A DNA stretch of 64,000 nucleotides from Camelus dromedarius (taxonomy: Eukaryota). The notes beneath the pieces were generated by a model, which made no database searches, was not told the origin of the DNA, and saw nothing but the letters and a program-made list of their open reading frames with translations. Shown one piece after another: positions 11,851-25,704 of the stretch. The stretch spans positions 115,074,001-115,138,000 of the forward strand of contig NC_087437.1 of the NCBI RefSeq assembly GCF_036321535.1, in the 5' to 3' direction. Position numbers and translations under genes: made by a program. Every line of letters begins with the position of its first letter. Positions within the stretch are counted from its first letter, which is position 1.

Positions 11851-12960
11851 ATTTTCACTTAGCATAATATTTCTGAGATCCACCCATGTTGTTGCATGTA
11901 CTAATATTTTGCACCTTTATCTTGCTGCATAATATTCCAGTAATTTGTTTATCAATTGACAAACTAATGAATATTTGGGTTATTTCCTGTTTGGAGCTAT
12001 TATGAATAAAGCTGCTATGAACATCTGTGTACAAGTCTTTGTGTGAACATATGTTTTCATTTATCTGGGCAAATCCCCAAGAGTAACGTTACTGGGTCAT
12101 ATAGTGAATGTATATTTAATTTCATAAGATATTGCCAGAATATTTTCAAGAATGGCTGTATCATTTTGCATTCCCACCAGCAATATATGAGAGTTCCAGT
12201 TTCTCTGCATCTCTGCCAACACATGGTATAGTCAGTTGCTAGGTTACTATTATGCATCCTACTAATGGATGCTTAATGGTATCCCATTGTAATTTAACTT
12301 ACATTTCCCTGAAGACTAGTGATATTGAGATCTTCTTATTTGCTTCCTGGCATTCATATAGGTTTTCTTTGGTGAAGTGTCTTTTCAAATCTTTTGCTTT
12401 AAAAAAAAAGGGGGGGTGTCTTCTTAATACTGAGTTATAAGGTTCTTTACATATTCTGGCTGCAAGCCCTTTGTCAGATATATGTTTTGCAAATATTTTC
12501 TCCCAGTCTGTGGCTTGCCTGTTTTCTTAACTGTGTCTTATAAAGAACAAAAGTTTTTTTGGATGAAACTAAATCCATTTTAATCATTTTTTTCTCTTTT
12601 ACTATTCATGCTTTTTTTATTTAAGAAATCTTTCCCTACTCCAATGTCACAAAGTTTTCCTCCTATGTTTTCTTCTACAAGTTTAATATTTTCACCTCTC
12701 ATGTTTAGGTCTATGATCCATTCTGAGTTAATTCTGCTATAAGGTGTCAGGTAAAAGTTGAGATTCATTCTTTTTTCCATACAGATATCAAATTTTTTGA
12801 GCACCATTTATTAAAGTGACTATCTTTTCCCTATTGAATGACCTTGGCACCTTTATCACAAATCAACTGTCCATATAAATGTGAGTCTATTTCTGGGCTC
12901 TTCTCTGTTCGATCAATCTATACGTCTGCCCTTGTACCATCAGGAACTATCTTGACTACT
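11851..12960 (-). mobile_element. L1M-type element (ORF2 3' end and 3' UTR) nested in L2
   Basis: Antisense peptides ETGTLIYCWWECKMIQP, YDPVTLLLGICP, LTPYSRINSEWIIDLN, IKLVEENIG. Confidence 0.9.
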
Positions 12961-13134
12961 GGAGCAAGATAATTCTAAGATGCCTCTTGGAAATGTAAGA
13001 ATTAGACCTCTAAATCTAATATAGTTTATTCATATATCCAGTCAGCAAATAAATGCAAGAATCTGAAGCTCAGGGGAGAGATTAGAGACGTAAATTTGGA
13101 AGCCATCAGTTTAGAGATGATACTTAAAGCAGGG

Positions 13135-13685
13135 GAGGGGGGATGCGCCACCAAGGTGTATGTGCACTGTCACACTGTGGTCGGCTTGTGCAGGGGACGG
13201 GGGGCACACCACCAAGGTGTATGTGCACTGTCACACTGCGGTCAGCTTGTGCAGGGGACAGGGGGACACGCCACCAAGGTGCACGTGCACTATCACACTG
13301 TGGTCGGCTTGTGCAGGGGACAGGGGGACACGCCACCAAGGTGCACGTGCACTGTCACACTGTGGTCGGCTTGTGCAGGGGACAGGGGGACACGCCACCA
13401 AGGTGCACGTGCACTGTCACACTGTGGTCGGCTTGTGCAGGGGACGGGGGGACACGCCACCAAGGTGCACGTGCACTGTCACACTGTGGTCGGCTTGTGC
13501 AGGGGACAGGGGGACACGCCACCAAGGTGCACGTGCACTGTCACGCTGTGGTCGGCTTGTGCAGGGGACGGGGGGTGCACCACCAAGGTGCACGTGCACT
13601 GTCACACTGCGGTCGGCTTGTGCAGGGGACAAGGGGACACACCACCAAGGTGTATGTGCACTATCACACTGTGGTCAGCTTGTGC
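13135..13685. repeat. GC-rich minisatellite (VNTR), 9 copies of a 61-62 bp unit
   Basis: ccaccaagg recurs at 13148, 13209, 13271, 13333, 13395, 13457, 13519, 13580 and 13642; consensus gggggacacgccaccaaggtgcacgtgcactgtcacactgtggtcggcttgtgcaggggaca. Confidence 0.97.
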
Positions 13686-14539
13686 TAATAAAGCGCATTC
13701 TCCCCACGCTCTCTGGATCTGTAAGCAGTTAGGTCCCAATTCCCAGCGGTGCCAACAGAGTCCAATACAACTCTATCTAACTTGGATCTGCTAGATTTCC
13801 AAGAGAGAGGAGAGAGGGGAGAGTCCTAGATTCACCCCAAAGGCTTAGAAAGTCACTTCAGGTTCTAAAGCCTCAGTTCTCATATTTGGAAAAATTGCAA
13901 TACAGTAACTAGCCCAAAACATGGGTTTGTTTGTGAGCAACTAATAACAGTAAAATGTAAGCACGTAGAAATAGCCTCATGGGAAAAATCCAGCCACATT
14001 TCTTTGTACTGAAGGGTGTCAGTTTTTCATACAATTCACTTCCCTGTTTATTGACTGTGCTTAGTATCAGCTGCAGAGAACACATGTTAACAATTTCTGG
14101 ACAGGGCATGTTGAGCCCAAATGACCCTACAGGCTCTGAGGTCAGACTGACCCCATGACGACATCAACAGAGAATCACCGTGAGTGCCTGAGGATGAGCA
14201 AGACTCTGTGCTGACGTGGCAGAGGTCAGCATAGCAGAGTACCTCCTGCTGGAAACAGGTAATACAGACAGGGACATACCTGGAATACACTCCTGGCACC
14301 TACAGCAGGTATATACATGCCTAGCATACAGCAGGTACTGCATAAATACTTGGTGAACAAACAGACAGACACAAAAACAACAGACTTCTGTACAACAGGC
14401 TGAGAAAATAGACAACTGAATCAAACTTTCCAACATAATGAAAACGGACATCACAATGAAACACATGCAGTTGTAACACAATAATTACATGAGCAGCGGA
14501 CTTCTCACTCCCTGCAGGTACCATTCTCAGCGCTTCCCA

Positions 14540-14710
14540 CAAGTGACTCATTAATCTTATGAGCTAGTACTATAATTTACTGGAGAGCCAAGAGGCAGAA
14601 AGGCACTATTATTTCGTTTCCCACTTTACAGATAAGGAGACGAAGACCCACGTAAGTGGCAGGGCTGGGACCTGAGCCCAGGGGATCTGGCTGCGGATTC
14701 CGAGCCACCA
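14540..14710 (-). mobile_element. MIR SINE
   Basis: cccactttacagataaggagacgaagac...gtaagtggcagggctgggacctgagcccagg. Confidence 0.75.
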
Positions 14711-15724
14711 TGTCTGTCTTCGGAAAGTTTCCTCCACCTCAAGTGTGAGACAGTAATCTGAAAATTCCTTTTCCATCATCTGTCATCTTAATACAACGTA
14801 ACTCACACAACTTCAGAACACAAGCCTAGTTATTATGGAATCCACCAAGGATGGTAAGTTCAGTGTTGGCTGCTATTTCTTTACTTTGAGGTGTGAATTC
14901 TGTCCATGCGTTTTGTCCAATGGTGTCAAGAGAAAGAGTTAAGATTAAAAACTTGAAGCCAATTCAACATAAAGCTTTTGTAGCTGCTGTGGCCATATCG
15001 TCCTCAATGGCAGCATGTGCCTCAGTGGAGATTTATATTGTGGATATAGTGTTTGAATGCTTAATTCAGATGGGTGAAACACGCAGAAAACGATATTTGG
15101 CTGGACAGAAATTGACTTTAGTAGTTGCCTGCCCTGTGACATCTTAGAAATCAGATTCTCATACATAATTAGCTCCCAGCTCAATTCACCTGAGCCACAA
15201 CCTGTTGTAACAATGGGGAAGGAGGTATGACAATCTAGAAAAGGAATAAACAAGGTTTTGTCTCATAATTCAATCTTAACAGGTCTGAAAATAATTTGAA
15301 AGAAAAAAACAAATGACTCATTTCAAGGCACATACCTATCATGTCTGTAAAGTTCTTAGCACAGTACGTCTGGCATGTGGTTTAGTGCTTAATCAATGGC
15401 AGTTAATACTCTTTTATTATTATAAGTATTTCTAGCAGGAATTCACATCTCAGAGACTATTAACTTCCCTTGTTGGTCAAGATATGTACAAAAACTTAGT
15501 AAAACTTAAGATAGGGCTTGCTTCATTGTGAGCAATTATGTCCTACATTTAAAAATTGCAGATGGGTTGATTTTCGTTTGTACTTTTTGCAATAATACTA
15601 TATATAATATGATGTAAGTAACCTTAAACAACAGTATGTTACATTTATAATATATATAATGTAAGATACGTTAAAAAATACAATTATCTTTTAACAGTAG
15701 CAAATAATATTCTTTTCCAAAATT

Positions 15725-16060
15725 GTGATTAATCAGGGAAGGCTAATATTAGCTCAAACAACTCCAAGTGCAATGGCCGAAGTCCAGGGCTAGTCAGGCG
15801 GCTTTCCTCCAAGTGGTGACTCAAGAGATGGGCCTCTTCCAACTTGTGACACCACCATTTTCCCACATGACCTCCAAAACGGCAGGAGAAAGGGAAAGGG
15901 AGAGTGGGAGCTTAGGGGCCAGGCCTGGAACATGCATACTTCATGTCCATCCTCTTCACTGGCCACCCACACACCAGCCCAGCTGGAAGTGGGTCTGTGC
16001 ACCCAGGAGGAAAATGAAACAGGCAGGAGTAGGAATCATATAATATTTTCTCTGCCACAA
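15725..16060. mobile_element. Old MaLR/ERVL LTR remnant (MLT1-like)
   Basis: gtgactcaagagatgggcctcttccaacttgtgac...ccaggaggaaaatgaaac...tctctgccaca pattern. Confidence 0.55.
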
Positions 16061-16069
16061 ATATTCTCT

Positions 16070-16280
16070 ACCTGTGCCATTAACATTTGCCTTTCACACG
16101 GCACTTTTGAAAACTGTCTTCTTTCCTCATCACTAGAAAAAGTTGAAAAGTGGCTATTGTTATTGCCATTTTGCAGATGAAGAAATGGAGGCTTGCAGAA
16201 GTCATTTTGTGTCCAAGCAGGTGAGGGAGGCCACAAAGACATACATCCCTGCCCGAGGAGGCAAACCTCAAGCCCCTGCC
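16070..16280 (-). mobile_element. MIR SINE
   Basis: ccattttgcagatgaagaaatggaggc core. Confidence 0.7.
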
Positions 16281-19200
16281 ACTCTTCTTTGCATTGTACT
16301 AAACATCAAGAACAACTGAGTTTGTGATAGAAGAGATCTGCAACAGAACTAGGTAACCTTTTCATTTTCATCTCCATGGAATTCAGTATAACGTAATTTC
16401 ATAAAAGAGGTACCTTCCTTTTACAATTCATAAAGGTGGAATCAGTAGAGGAGTTTGAGCAAAAACCACATTTTACTAGTAAGCAGTCATATATCAGTCA
16501 TTTCAGGGAAAGTTTGAAAAATAAAATAGGAATTAATTCGGCAACAATCCCAAAATATGACCCGTAATTCTTATTTTGGAGATCAAAGACATAGGTATAG
16601 ATATGGGTGAGTATGATTAAGTTGAAAATGAAGGATGTAGGAAAATTACTCTGCACAGTCAAGTTCCTGACCCTATACCTGTAACTAAAGGAGCATCACA
16701 CACCTAGCGTTGGTTGGCATGGCAACAGTGAGCTGGATGGAGCCTGAAGACAGGTCAGAACACACTGCTAGGAACTCAAAGCCCCAGGTATCCTGAGCTG
16801 GCCAAGGGAGTAACTACTCAGCACACCGTCCTCCACCGAAAGAATGGCCTTCTTGATTTCAGAGTTCAAAGCACAATCTCAGAGAACTCGGTTTACACTT
16901 GTTGGCCAGAAGCCAGGCAGATGAACTGTCCACAGCTTTCTCCTCCGGATTCTGTGTCTAGCATCAATATTTCCACGTTCAGGATGGAACAGATTTCCCC
17001 AGCATTTAAAGTAATGTTTTCTCCTTTCAAAACAAGGAGGAATGTGTAGTATTAAATGTGGAATCCAGAAACCCTGGCACAGGGTGACCTTGTGTCCAGA
17101 AGTTTATTGCCAGGGTTCCAGTTTATGCCCACAAGGCCCAGAGCAAGGGTCCAGAGGCAGCAGCAACTTCCGGCTCCAACAGGTTTTGGCAGCAAGAACT
17201 TTTTGGTGACTGATTTACTCCACAATTCCAATTCTTTCCTCTTAATCAAAATAATTCTACACAAATCATTTCCATGTTTCCAAATCAGAAGTAGGAAAAA
17301 GAAAAAAACACAAGTTTTTAAAGAAATAAAATTTCCTAGGTTTACAAAAAAAAAAAGCCTGCAAACAGGCAAGGATTTGCTACTCAACATTTGTTTCAGG
17401 AAACCATCGAATGGAATCAGGCGCTGTAATGGGCAATTTGGTCTCGACTTCCCATCAGGAACGACGCCTGCGCACCCTCGTGTACACACATCCACTCCAG
17501 GCGACCCCCTGCACCAGACCATGAGCTTCTAGTGAGACCGAATTCCTGTCAGGAGGGCAGTTTCCTTTTCGTTATACCAACATAATGCTTCATTACACCA
17601 AGACATAGCACTCTCCAATCTGCCAGGTAAATAAAGAACGAAGCTTAAAATTTACAGTAACATTAAAATGCTAAGCATTTCCACCTTGAATGAATGTGTT
17701 TTCTACCCACACCTTCCAGCGACTCAGGCTCCACTGGCCTTCCCCGAGGTCCATTAGTTCCTCCTGGGCGGTCCCCCAGCTCGGTGCAACGTTCCCAACA
17801 GGTGCTATAACTGTCACTGATTTACACCCCCCACGTTACACTCTGCATTGCCTACAAGGGCACAGAGAGCTGCCTCCACTTTTGCTTTGTGGGCTGTTTC
17901 ATCACCAGAAAGAATTTCAAGGCACTTGAGGTTAAGTAAATCCAGTTACTCGTTTGAGTCAGGAAAGATGCCAGGTTCGTCATAAGGCATCAGAAGCAAT
18001 GCTCCCTCGCCCGGAAGTAATCAAGGGACCTGCTCAGGGAATTCATGGTGGACCATCCCAAATTACTCGCCATGGGCCATGGAACTGATGAAACGACACA
18101 GCCCACCTTCGGTTTCTCTAGTGAAGCGGTGCCTGGAGGGTCTCGTGACTACAGGAGGAGGTGCACCAAACTAAGAAGTCCTCACCCTCCCCTCCTCCCA
18201 CGCTGACCCCCCTGCTCTGCCATGGGCCTCAGCGGGTGTTAGTCTCACAGCCAGGATTTAAAGAAGTACTTATATTTATTTGCTATTTATTAAATGCTGC
18301 AATATTCGATAGCATTTCTAAGAAAATACAAAACATCTACCAACACCAGGTTTTGGCATCCTCTATGTGACCTAAAATAAATACCTACCTTGGCGATAAT
18401 GAATGAGTCAAATGAAAACAACGCAGTCCTGACATTCAGTAATATCACCTCAGATTGGAATAACGTTCCACAGTTTACAAACTGTTTCTATATTTGATCT
18501 TCCTACCAGCTTGGCCAGGTAGGTGGGGCAGGTACAATCACTTCCATTTTGCTGCTGAACAGACCGCGATGAGGCACAGTGAAGGCAGGCCTCAAAGCTG
18601 GTGAGGTGTTCTGACTTAAACAATGCTGAGCTATCTCAGTATCTGCTGTCCGCCCTCAGCCACACCAGAAACAGGACAACAAGAGATTGTTTTTCACACC
18701 AAAGAAAGTCAGTATGATGTCCAGCTTGGGAAATACGAAGCTGGCAAAGACAAAAAAAAAAAAAAAAAAAAAAATCCAAATTTTAAAGGAAAAAACAACA
18801 AACAAATCCTCCGTTAACCTTCACTGCTCTATCTTAAATAAAAGTAACGTCCGGGTATCCTTGGACCTGTGTCAGGCCCAGGTCTGTGCCGTCCTCCTCA
18901 TCCCAGGCCACACGGACATCTGAGCCCGGCTGCGGGTTCTATGTTTACGGGAGGGCGGCATGAAGGACATGACCACCTAAGCCCTGTGGCAGGTTAAGCA
19001 GCCTGATTGAACGTTGCTGCTAATTAAGGGCCCCTGTTGTCTGGCAGGACCACCGGGGTACCTTCTGCACTTGTTCATGACTGCAGCACCTCACTCAGAA
19101 ATTAACTCTTGATGAGTGCAGACAGGGGCCCAGCTGGTCCTCTCGAGTCCTCCCAAGTAGATAAATGAAGTGTAATAAGAATGCTGCTGACTGCCAAGGG

Positions 19201-20104
19201 AAGAGGGGCTCTCCGTGACCTCTTGGTAAAATCCAGAGTATACTTTTACCGTGACTTAATTCTCTGCACTGGGGATACTTAATGCAGCCAAGAACGGTGT
19301 GAACAGGCCGATGGCCACAGGGAGAGTGGTGAGAAGTCCATCACCAAATGTCTATTTTATTGAGTATGAGCTAAAAGAATAAAGAGGCAATGTATGAGGA
19401 ACTAATTTTCAATTGGCAAATATTTTCCTTAGGTAAGAGGTGCTGCTTTTCCCTGTAACTCTTCACAGGTCTATGGACAATGGTGGCTTCTATTATAGTT
19501 TGGAAATTGTACAATCATTCCACTCAGGTTTAAAATATTAAACACTCGTTTTCTAGCACTTACAGAGGAAATCTTTCCCAAAAGCTCTGTTTAAAAAGTG
19601 GAAAATAGTGATTATTATTGTCTGGGCCTTCGAGACATAGAAACTAGATAGAAAGATATGTTCTGGTCCACACGGCAAAGCTGCAGCTCAGGTGGGACTA
19701 GAATCCAGTGTCTCGCTGCTCAGTTTTGTGCACTCTGGGCCAGAGAATGTTCCACCATTTTATCTCAGTAAGTCAACATGCGGCAGGTGGTGATGGGGAG
19801 GGCTTGGGACCCGGGGACTGGAAAGCGGGCACAGCCACAGTCTCGCTGCACTGGCCCACAGAGAACAACTCTAAGGGTGGCTCCCGAGTGTGACATCCTC
19901 CTTGAGAAGTGACAAAGGGACAAAAAAGCAGGCTGCAAGCCATGGCTCTGGAGTCTAGATCACAACGAAGCCACATCTTTTTATGACTTTTGAAAAGAGC
20001 AAGGGAGGCCTCCAAAAAAAAGATAGTCAGCTTTTAACTGTAATAACTCCCCAAGGACTAAAGGTGGGAGAAGTCAGGAAAGATACTTAATTGCTTAAGA
20101 GAGT

Positions 20105-20647
20105 GCACTAGTTACCCACTGTTGCATGACAAATTAACCCCAAACTTGGCAGCTTAAGACAACACACATTAGCTCTGTGGGTCAGGAGTCTGGGAGCGGC
20201 TCTGCTGAGAGCTTTTAGCTCAGTATCTCCCACAGGTTGTAAGCAAGGTGTCAGCTGGGGCTATGGTCATCTTACCACTCTACTGGGAGAGGGTCCACTT
20301 CCAAGGTCACTCACATGGCTGCCAGCACAGCTCAGCTTCCCATGGAAATGAACAAGTTTCTTGCCACATGGGCCTCACCATAGGGCTACTCATAGCATAT
20401 CAGCCTGCCCCTCCCAGAGCAACAGCTCCAAACGTCAGAGAGGGTTGGAAAAAGCCAGCAAGAAGTCTTGCTAGTCTTTTTTTTTTTGGTAACCTAATCT
20501 CAGAAGCGACACTCTATTATTTTTGCCATATTCTATGTTAAAAGCGAGGCTTTAGGTCCAGCCAACACGCAGCAGAGGGGCTTACAGAACAGCATGAACA
20601 CCCAAAGGCAGAGATCGCCAGGACCATCCCTAAGGCTGCTTACCAGA
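20105..20647 (-). mobile_element. MLT1 (MaLR) solo LTR, MLT1F/G-like
   Basis: ccccaaacttggcagcttaagacaac, ctgtgggtcaggagtctgg, caaggtgtcagctggggct, ttccaaggtcactcacatggctg. Confidence 0.8.
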
Positions 20648-21759
20648 CAGATTCCTTACTCCTTGGAGAAACCAAGAGATTGATACTTCCATAGTGAGCC
20701 TCTTCAGACTATTTAACTGGCTATGCATCAACATTACAGTCTTCACAGTCATCATTTATTCTCACCTAAGTGAGAAGATCTTCATCTAAGGTACAGAGTT
20801 TTAAATATAAGGAAAATGTAACACACAAGCCGGACTGAGGTTGCTTTTAGGAACAGCTGCCCAGGACTGGCCCTGAGTGTTGTCAATGGCTCCTCCTTCC
20901 ATGCGATTGGCCCACAGACTGTCGTGGCGACTGGGGGCTCAGCTCTGTGCCCTTCCAGAAGGAGAGTGTGCACTAAGACATACATCCTCACAAAAACAGC
21001 CACTAACATTTGTTGACAGCATATGATGGCCACGGACTCAGTCAAGACTTTACATCCGTCATCACATTTAATCCTTACAGTGAGTCTACTCTGTAGGTAA
21101 GGAAGCCAAGATGTCACCCAGGAGGTGTAATTTCCCACCTATTAGGGACTCACCGATTAGCTGCTGCGGATTCTCCGTCACATTAAGGTAGGCAGTCAGA
21201 CATTAAGGGACTGACTAGCTATGTTATGTGCACTTCACATGACTACATGCTTGAAAAAATCAGTCAAAAACTATTAGAATAAAATTAAACCTAGTAAAGT
21301 ACTATATAAAATGAGAATATAGAAAAACTAAGTGTTATTCTATGACTATGTACTAGCAATAGCTAAAAAACAGATTTTATGATAACCCATGCTCACCGTA
21401 GAAAACTTGGAAAATGAAAGAAAACAAGACGTAAGACACCAAGTCATCGATGATTCAACCACCAAACAGCATTTTGATATATATCTTTTAACCTTTTTTT
21501 CTATATTGCATTGGAGTGTGACTATATCATACTTTTAAAAAATTACTGTTATGCTGGAGCAGCTGCATATGCTGCTTCCTCCACTTAATACATCAGGAGT
21601 GTTTTTCCCATATTAATAAATGTTCTTTAAAAAGGCTACCGTCATATTAGTCTAACCTAATTTTAAAAAACTATTTTCTTTTATTCATTTAATGGGTAAA
21701 AAAAAAAAAAACCCATGTTCTTCTGTTTCTCATTTCCTGTCTTTTAAAAAATTATTTGA

Positions 21760-22140
21760 ATATCCATTTCAATTCTTCTATTGGCTTTTAAGCTATATTC
21801 CTTTGCATTTTTAAGTGGCTGCACCAGGAATTATAATACATGTCATAATTTTTCATAGTCCACTTACAGTCAATATTGTACCACTTCCTGTAAAATACAG
21901 AAATCTTGCAACAATAGAGGCCTGTATCTACCATTATGGTTGTTATATGTACCCTATCTACAAATGCTGTAAGCCCCACAACACAGTTATAATTTTTCCT
22001 TTAAATAGTTATATGGTTAATAGAGAAATTGAGAGAGAAAAGCACAAAGGAAAACACCGTTATTTTTCATTTACACAAATATTCACCATTTCCGACGTTC
22101 TTCATTTTTCTCAGAGGATCTGAGTTGCCACCTGGTGTCT
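21760..22140 (-). mobile_element. Old L1M fragment
   Basis: T-rich antisense L1-like text (tcaatattgtaccacttc, catttacacaaatattcaccatttcc). Confidence 0.55.
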
Positions 22141-22345
22141 CTCCCAGATAGCTCTCCAGATCAGCCCATCCACTAGTGAGTGTCACCATGTGACCTCAGC
22201 CAACACCACATGAAGCAGAAGAACCCAGTTGAGCCTTGACCAAATTTCTAACCCAGAAAATTACCAAACATAATAAAATTGTTGTTGTTATAAGCCACTT
22301 AAGGTTTGGGGTGGTTTTGAATTGCAGCAATAGATAACTGGAAAA
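22141..22345 (+). mobile_element. MLT1 LTR 3' part
   Basis: cccagttgagcc..ccaaatttctaaccc..taataaaattgttgttgttataagccactt..gcagcaatagataactgg. Confidence 0.8.
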
Positions 22346-25300
22346 AAAATTAATTTTGAAAATAATAACTTTGGTTCAGTGTATACCCCCCCAAAAAAAA
22401 CCCCAAATATAATCACACTGGGACTATGAACTGAACAGCCATCTTACACCTGATCCAGGTAGCCATGGGGCACAGACTGTTCGCATTCAAGACAGTTTGT
22501 GACAGACTCTAAAATATATGTCATAGAATATGTAAGGTAACTGTCTTACATCTTAATAGATCATGTCTTAAATGCCATTCATGATGTTTTCTAGTTTCCA
22601 CATTTTTAACTGCCAAAAATCTAGTCCCAGATTTAGTGGATTCTACCCAGGGGTAGCACCTTTCAGCCCTTTACTGGTATGACTACCATGCCCTTTAAAA
22701 TTGTACTATTCTAGTCAATTACAGTTCAAGCTAGTAGTGAACTTCTTATCTTGCAGGACTATGAACAGTATGCATCTCCTCATTTTTACAAACTGATGTT
22801 CAAAAACTAACTCACTGCCAAGTCAGCTGAGGCCAGAGAGGCAGAAACTTCTGCCTTCAGTAGGCTGGAGCAGTAGGCTTCTCAACAGCTGAGGGAGGGC
22901 CCAAACACTGCACTGCACTGTTACTCAGCCAGCACACCCCTCCTCTGTAATGCTGCCTCTGTAATGAATGTATCATTTATAATATTAGGAGAACCAAAGG
23001 CTCCATTTACAGTCTGGAAATTGTGAGACAACAAGGTTTGCCTCTTATAAAATTAAGTATGAAACTAAGACTAATTTTGTAGTGGCCTTAGAGAAACTAG
23101 TTCAAATAGTTCAAAAGTCAAATAATTTACACAGACTTCTTTCCCACTTCTGACACCAATGCACCAATATAGTCCTAAATCACCTCTAAACCTTCAAAAT
23201 GCCTGCTTTCAGTGCTCCCACATGCTCCTGAACTTGATGCCTGAAGAAGGCCAGTAGCATGAGATGGTTTGAGATGGCAGAAAAGACACAGGACCAGGAT
23301 TCGGGAGCCAGAGCAGCTACTGTGGATTGGTCATTGACCAGGTGAGTGGAGAGAGAGGACTACACGCCCCTGACTCTTGGTTTCTTAACCTGTAAAACCA
23401 GAGGGCCGGGGAAGAGCTTGCTAAGGCCCCTTCATTCTCTGACGTTTTGTGATTCTTTACTGTTCTAGATATGGCTGGGACACCTAGAACACTGGACAGT
23501 TCCTTCTGCCCTACTATGATCATCCTGCATAAGGAGGAAATTACAAGAGATACAAACTAGCCTTGTGAACACTATGGCAGAGGTCCTTCTACAAAGGACA
23601 GGGTGTCTGTATAGCCAAGCCAAGGTGAAAACTACTGAATTTTCATACAATCAACTCTGTATCTAAAGTCTACTTAGTAGGTGTTCCCTTCCTCTAACCT
23701 TCTTAGAGTCTGCTCGGTCGGGAGGTGACGGGTTCCTAATGGATTTCACAGAGAGTAAAGAGAGTATCAACCTTCCGTGGTATTAATTACACTTTTTATA
23801 ACACAGAGTAGGTTAACTAACAACATTGTAAAGTTCTGTATCCTTTATATCATTCATGCTGTACTCTAATCCTTTGACTTTTGATCAATGGTTAGTTGCA
23901 GAATAAGACTGCTGAATACTGAAACTTGCCAAATTATGTCCTATAATTTTAAATTTTTAAATAAGTTTAAAAATTTGTTGTGAGGCTTCATAAGCCCCCA
24001 AATCTACTTCTCATTATTTTGACTTCAACTGATTGTTTAAACTGTTACAAAAATTATTTCCTCAAAAACCAAACACTATTTGTCAAATAAGTGAGTTTGA
24101 AATAAGAAATTACATATGAAAGAGCAAGCCAAATATTACACACAGAAAAAAATGGAGAAATGAAAATTATTAAATTTTTCATTTCTGACTTTTATTCCTC
24201 TCAAAAATAAAAACAAATCAAAACCAAAAAAATTAGATATACAAGGAGTCTTAAATTCCTGTTTTCTGGCAACATTATGACACATGTATTTGCAAATACA
24301 AAAACCTCATGGATAATTTTGCTGCAGCTAGGAATATCTATTTACCAGATTATAAATTTTGTCAGCATTCCTCAGTAAAACCTACTTTATGATACTAAGC
24401 AACGCAAACACACTGCCAAACAACCAAAGTTTTAATATTCTAACTTCCATTTCTTCCACGACATAATTTCCTGTAATAATCTCATTCATGCCTGAGGTCC
24501 AAAGACGTTCTTATTTACGATTTTCAGGTCAGCATGCCAACAGCAGGAGGCCTTTTTCTTGAAAGGCTGAGCTTTTAGAATGAGTCCTGAAAGGATTCTA
24601 CCAACCCTGCTTACTTCCCAAGCAGGGATAATGTAAAAAATGCAAATTTTTAAGAAAACGGTTGAATGCCATTTTTAGGTAAAATCACTGGAAGATTTAC
24701 AAAGATCAAGTAATATGCCAGTTTCTTTCAAATGTCGCCAACATTTTGATGCCAACACAATTACAAGTTGGAAAAATGTGTAATGAATGAGGCAGCTCAT
24801 AACTTCCCTTAGAATATATATATGTACAACTTATTAAGTGGCATAAAAAGCAAAGAGTCATGGCAAATGTTGAAACCTTAAATCTGAGTTTCATTGCTTT
24901 AGGGCATTTGAGTCAAACTCCATCATCTGGAAGTACCTAACAATAAGAATATTAGGTCACAAGAAACACCTGCGATACCTCCACCGAATTAGGTGAACAA
25001 ACAAGAGCATCATGTTCCTCATCAAATAAGAAAACTGAAGTTTTAATAATATAATAATATACTAAATAAATCTAATAATAAGCCGAAATTCAAACCCTGT
25101 GGAAATGAAAATAGTCACATGGAGGGCATTTTCTCTTCCAAATTTTGCTGTTCAATTCTGCAAGTTCCCTCCCCTAAAGCCACAAGGTGGATAAAATGTG
25201 CCCCCATTTTTTTGTGTGTGTGCGTTTTTCCAGAGTACGGCTTAATTTGATAAGTCTTTGGAGGCTCAGAAAGAACAAGGTATAGTTTTCTTTGATGTCC

Positions 25301-25517
25301 TTGGTCCTCATTTCCTCCCCCACAAACACACCTCATACCCACAACCCAGGTCAGGAGAAAGATGCCACTAACAGCTCACTCAAAATCTCAAATCACATCC
25401 ATTTCAAAGTACTGACCAGGTCAAAGTAGGAAGGTGAACGGGGGACTCTCCAGGCTTCCGCTCTAAAATCACTTGTTTACCTTGTCTACTCTCACTTTCT
25501 CCCCAAAAGGGTTATAC

Positions 25518-25704
25518 TAGGGTTGTCAGATTTTGCAAACAGAAATACAGAATGCCCAGTTAAATGTGCATTTCAGATAAACAACCGATAATGTATTAGT
25601 GTAAGTATGTCCCAAATTTCACGGTACGTACTTACACTAAAAATGCTTGTGTATCTGAAACTCAGATTTAACTAGGTGTCTTGTATTTTCTCTGCCAAAT
25701 CTAT
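25518..25704. mobile_element. MER53 palindromic hAT MITE
   Basis: tagggttgtcaga..cccagttaaat..tttcagataaacaac..taagtatgtcccaaat..tacttacactaaaaa..tatctgaaactcagatttaactagg; internally palindromic. Confidence 0.9.

Noticed and set aside
13135..13685. CRISPR-like array
   Set aside because: The units are head-to-tail with no unique spacers, the context is mammalian, and there are no cas genes.
13096..13794. 232-, 190- and 181-aa Cys/His-rich ORFs
   Set aside because: They are read-throughs of the 62-bp VNTR. The same peptides cycle through all three frames because the unit is not a multiple of 3. Not a zinc-finger or metallothionein gene.
17052..17532. 156/158-aa antiparallel ORFs
   Set aside because: They run through poly(A)/poly(T) tracts with low-complexity K/F runs, and have no domain or splice support.
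24878..24937. Minus-strand exon candidate (ttgttag|gtacttccag...)
   Set aside because: Stops in all frames and only a weak donor (aag|gtttca).
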